Source: Yuukianura sp. NJ FZ-2021
Lineage: Eukaryota
Assembly (NCBI GenBank): GCA_046563655.1
Contig: CM102283.1
Coordinates: 4,464,001-4,528,000 of the forward strand
Length of the DNA: 64,000 nt
Direction of reading: 5' to 3'
Below are positions 63,411-64,000 of the stretch, in pieces. The position numbers were made by a program, and so were the translations under genes. Numbering within the stretch: the first letter of the stretch is position 1; every line of letters starts with the position of its first letter. The notes beneath the pieces were generated by a model, which was not told where the DNA came from, did not search any database, and saw nothing but the letters and a program-made list of their open reading frames with translations.

Positions 63411-64000
63411 TCGGCCGAAGAGCTTACCTATACTCCCCCTCCTCCTCCTCAGTCCACGCGCATGCCATCACCCATCACCTAACCTAACCTAGCCTAACCT
63501 TATGGCATCCTACTGGAATCATTTTATTTTAGTACACTGTACTTCAATCAACTACACTGGACTTTTCTAAAACTGCTTTGTAATTTCAATAAACTACACT
63601 GCACTTTTCTAAAACTGCTTTGTAATTTCAATCAACTACACCGGACTTTTCTAAACCTGCTTTGTAATTTCAATAAACTATGCTGGACTTTACTTAGTTT
63701 AGTTTTACTTACTTTACTTTAGTTTTAGAAAAGTCCAGTGTAGTTGATTGAAGTACAGTGTACTAAAATAAAATGATTCCAGTAGGATGCCATAAGGTTA
63801 GGCTAGGTTAGGTTAGGTGGTGGGTGATGGCATGCGCGTGGACTGAGGAGGAGGGGGGGGGAGTAAAGGTAAGCTCTTCGGCCGAGGAGGAGGGGTATAG
63901 GCATGCTCTTGAGATATCTGAGGAGGGGAGGAGGAGGAGTATAGGTATGCTCTTAAGGTATCTGAGGATGGGAGGAGGAGGAGTATCGGCATGCTCTTCA
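63296..64000. repeat. Long inverted repeat (arms 63296-63574 and 63721-64000, running off the window) with 146-bp spacer
   Basis: 63721-64000 is the reverse complement of 63296-63574 with a few substitutions and a small indel. Confidence 0.95.
63543..63691. repeat. 42-bp tandem repeat, about 3.5 copies, in the palindrome centre
   Basis: TTCAATCAACTACACTGGACTTTTCTAAAACTGCTTTGTAAT-like units at 63543, 63585, 63627 and 63669 (partial). Confidence 0.92.

Larger units (their letters stand above)
51863..64000. mobile_element. Polinton/Maverick-like element (one end; degenerate; right boundary not in window)
   Basis: Sharp junction starting AGTAG (Polinton ends are typically AGT/AG repeats), subterminal tandem repeats, compact intronless genes and a Polinton-type packaging ATPase. 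No pPolB, integrase or capsid gene recognised in the window. Confidence 0.65.

Noticed and set aside
62939-63492. Proline-rich repeat proteins (QIAQEHAYTPPP etc.)
   Set aside because: They are translations of the minisatellite; frame breaks as unit length changes and the sequence is mirrored in the palindrome.
63296-64000. Palindrome as a pure fold-back read artefact, or a true telomere
   Set aside because: The arms differ at several sites and the spacer is asymmetric, which argues against an artefact (reads are still needed). The TTAGG tracts are too short and internal to be a telomere.

Overview
Eukaryotic, probably invertebrate (arthropod-like), heterochromatic DNA with no ordinary host genes. 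Positions 1-51862 are a head-to-tail satellite of ~210-bp monomers (~220 copies). It is interrupted by a minus-strand tRNA-derived SINE (33332-33787) and an apparently full-length APE-RT LINE (41962-46718, 16-bp TSD). The LINE's ORF1 and ORF2 are in one frame, separated only by a TGA in a CAA-TGA-CAA-TCA (CARYYA) readthrough context. At 51863 the satellite stops mid-monomer at a sequence starting AGTAG that looks like a Polinton/Maverick-type element. This segment has subterminal repeats, a Pol III-like hairpin RNA candidate, an orphan 289-aa gene and a zinc-finger/A32-type packaging ATPase gene. The ATPase gene is split by a deleted Tc1/mariner element (54400-62057), which is itself split by a BEL/Pao LTR retrotransposon with an intact ORF (55062-61749). 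The window ends inside a large inverted repeat centred near 63650. All assignments are by eye from motifs; no database searches were run.
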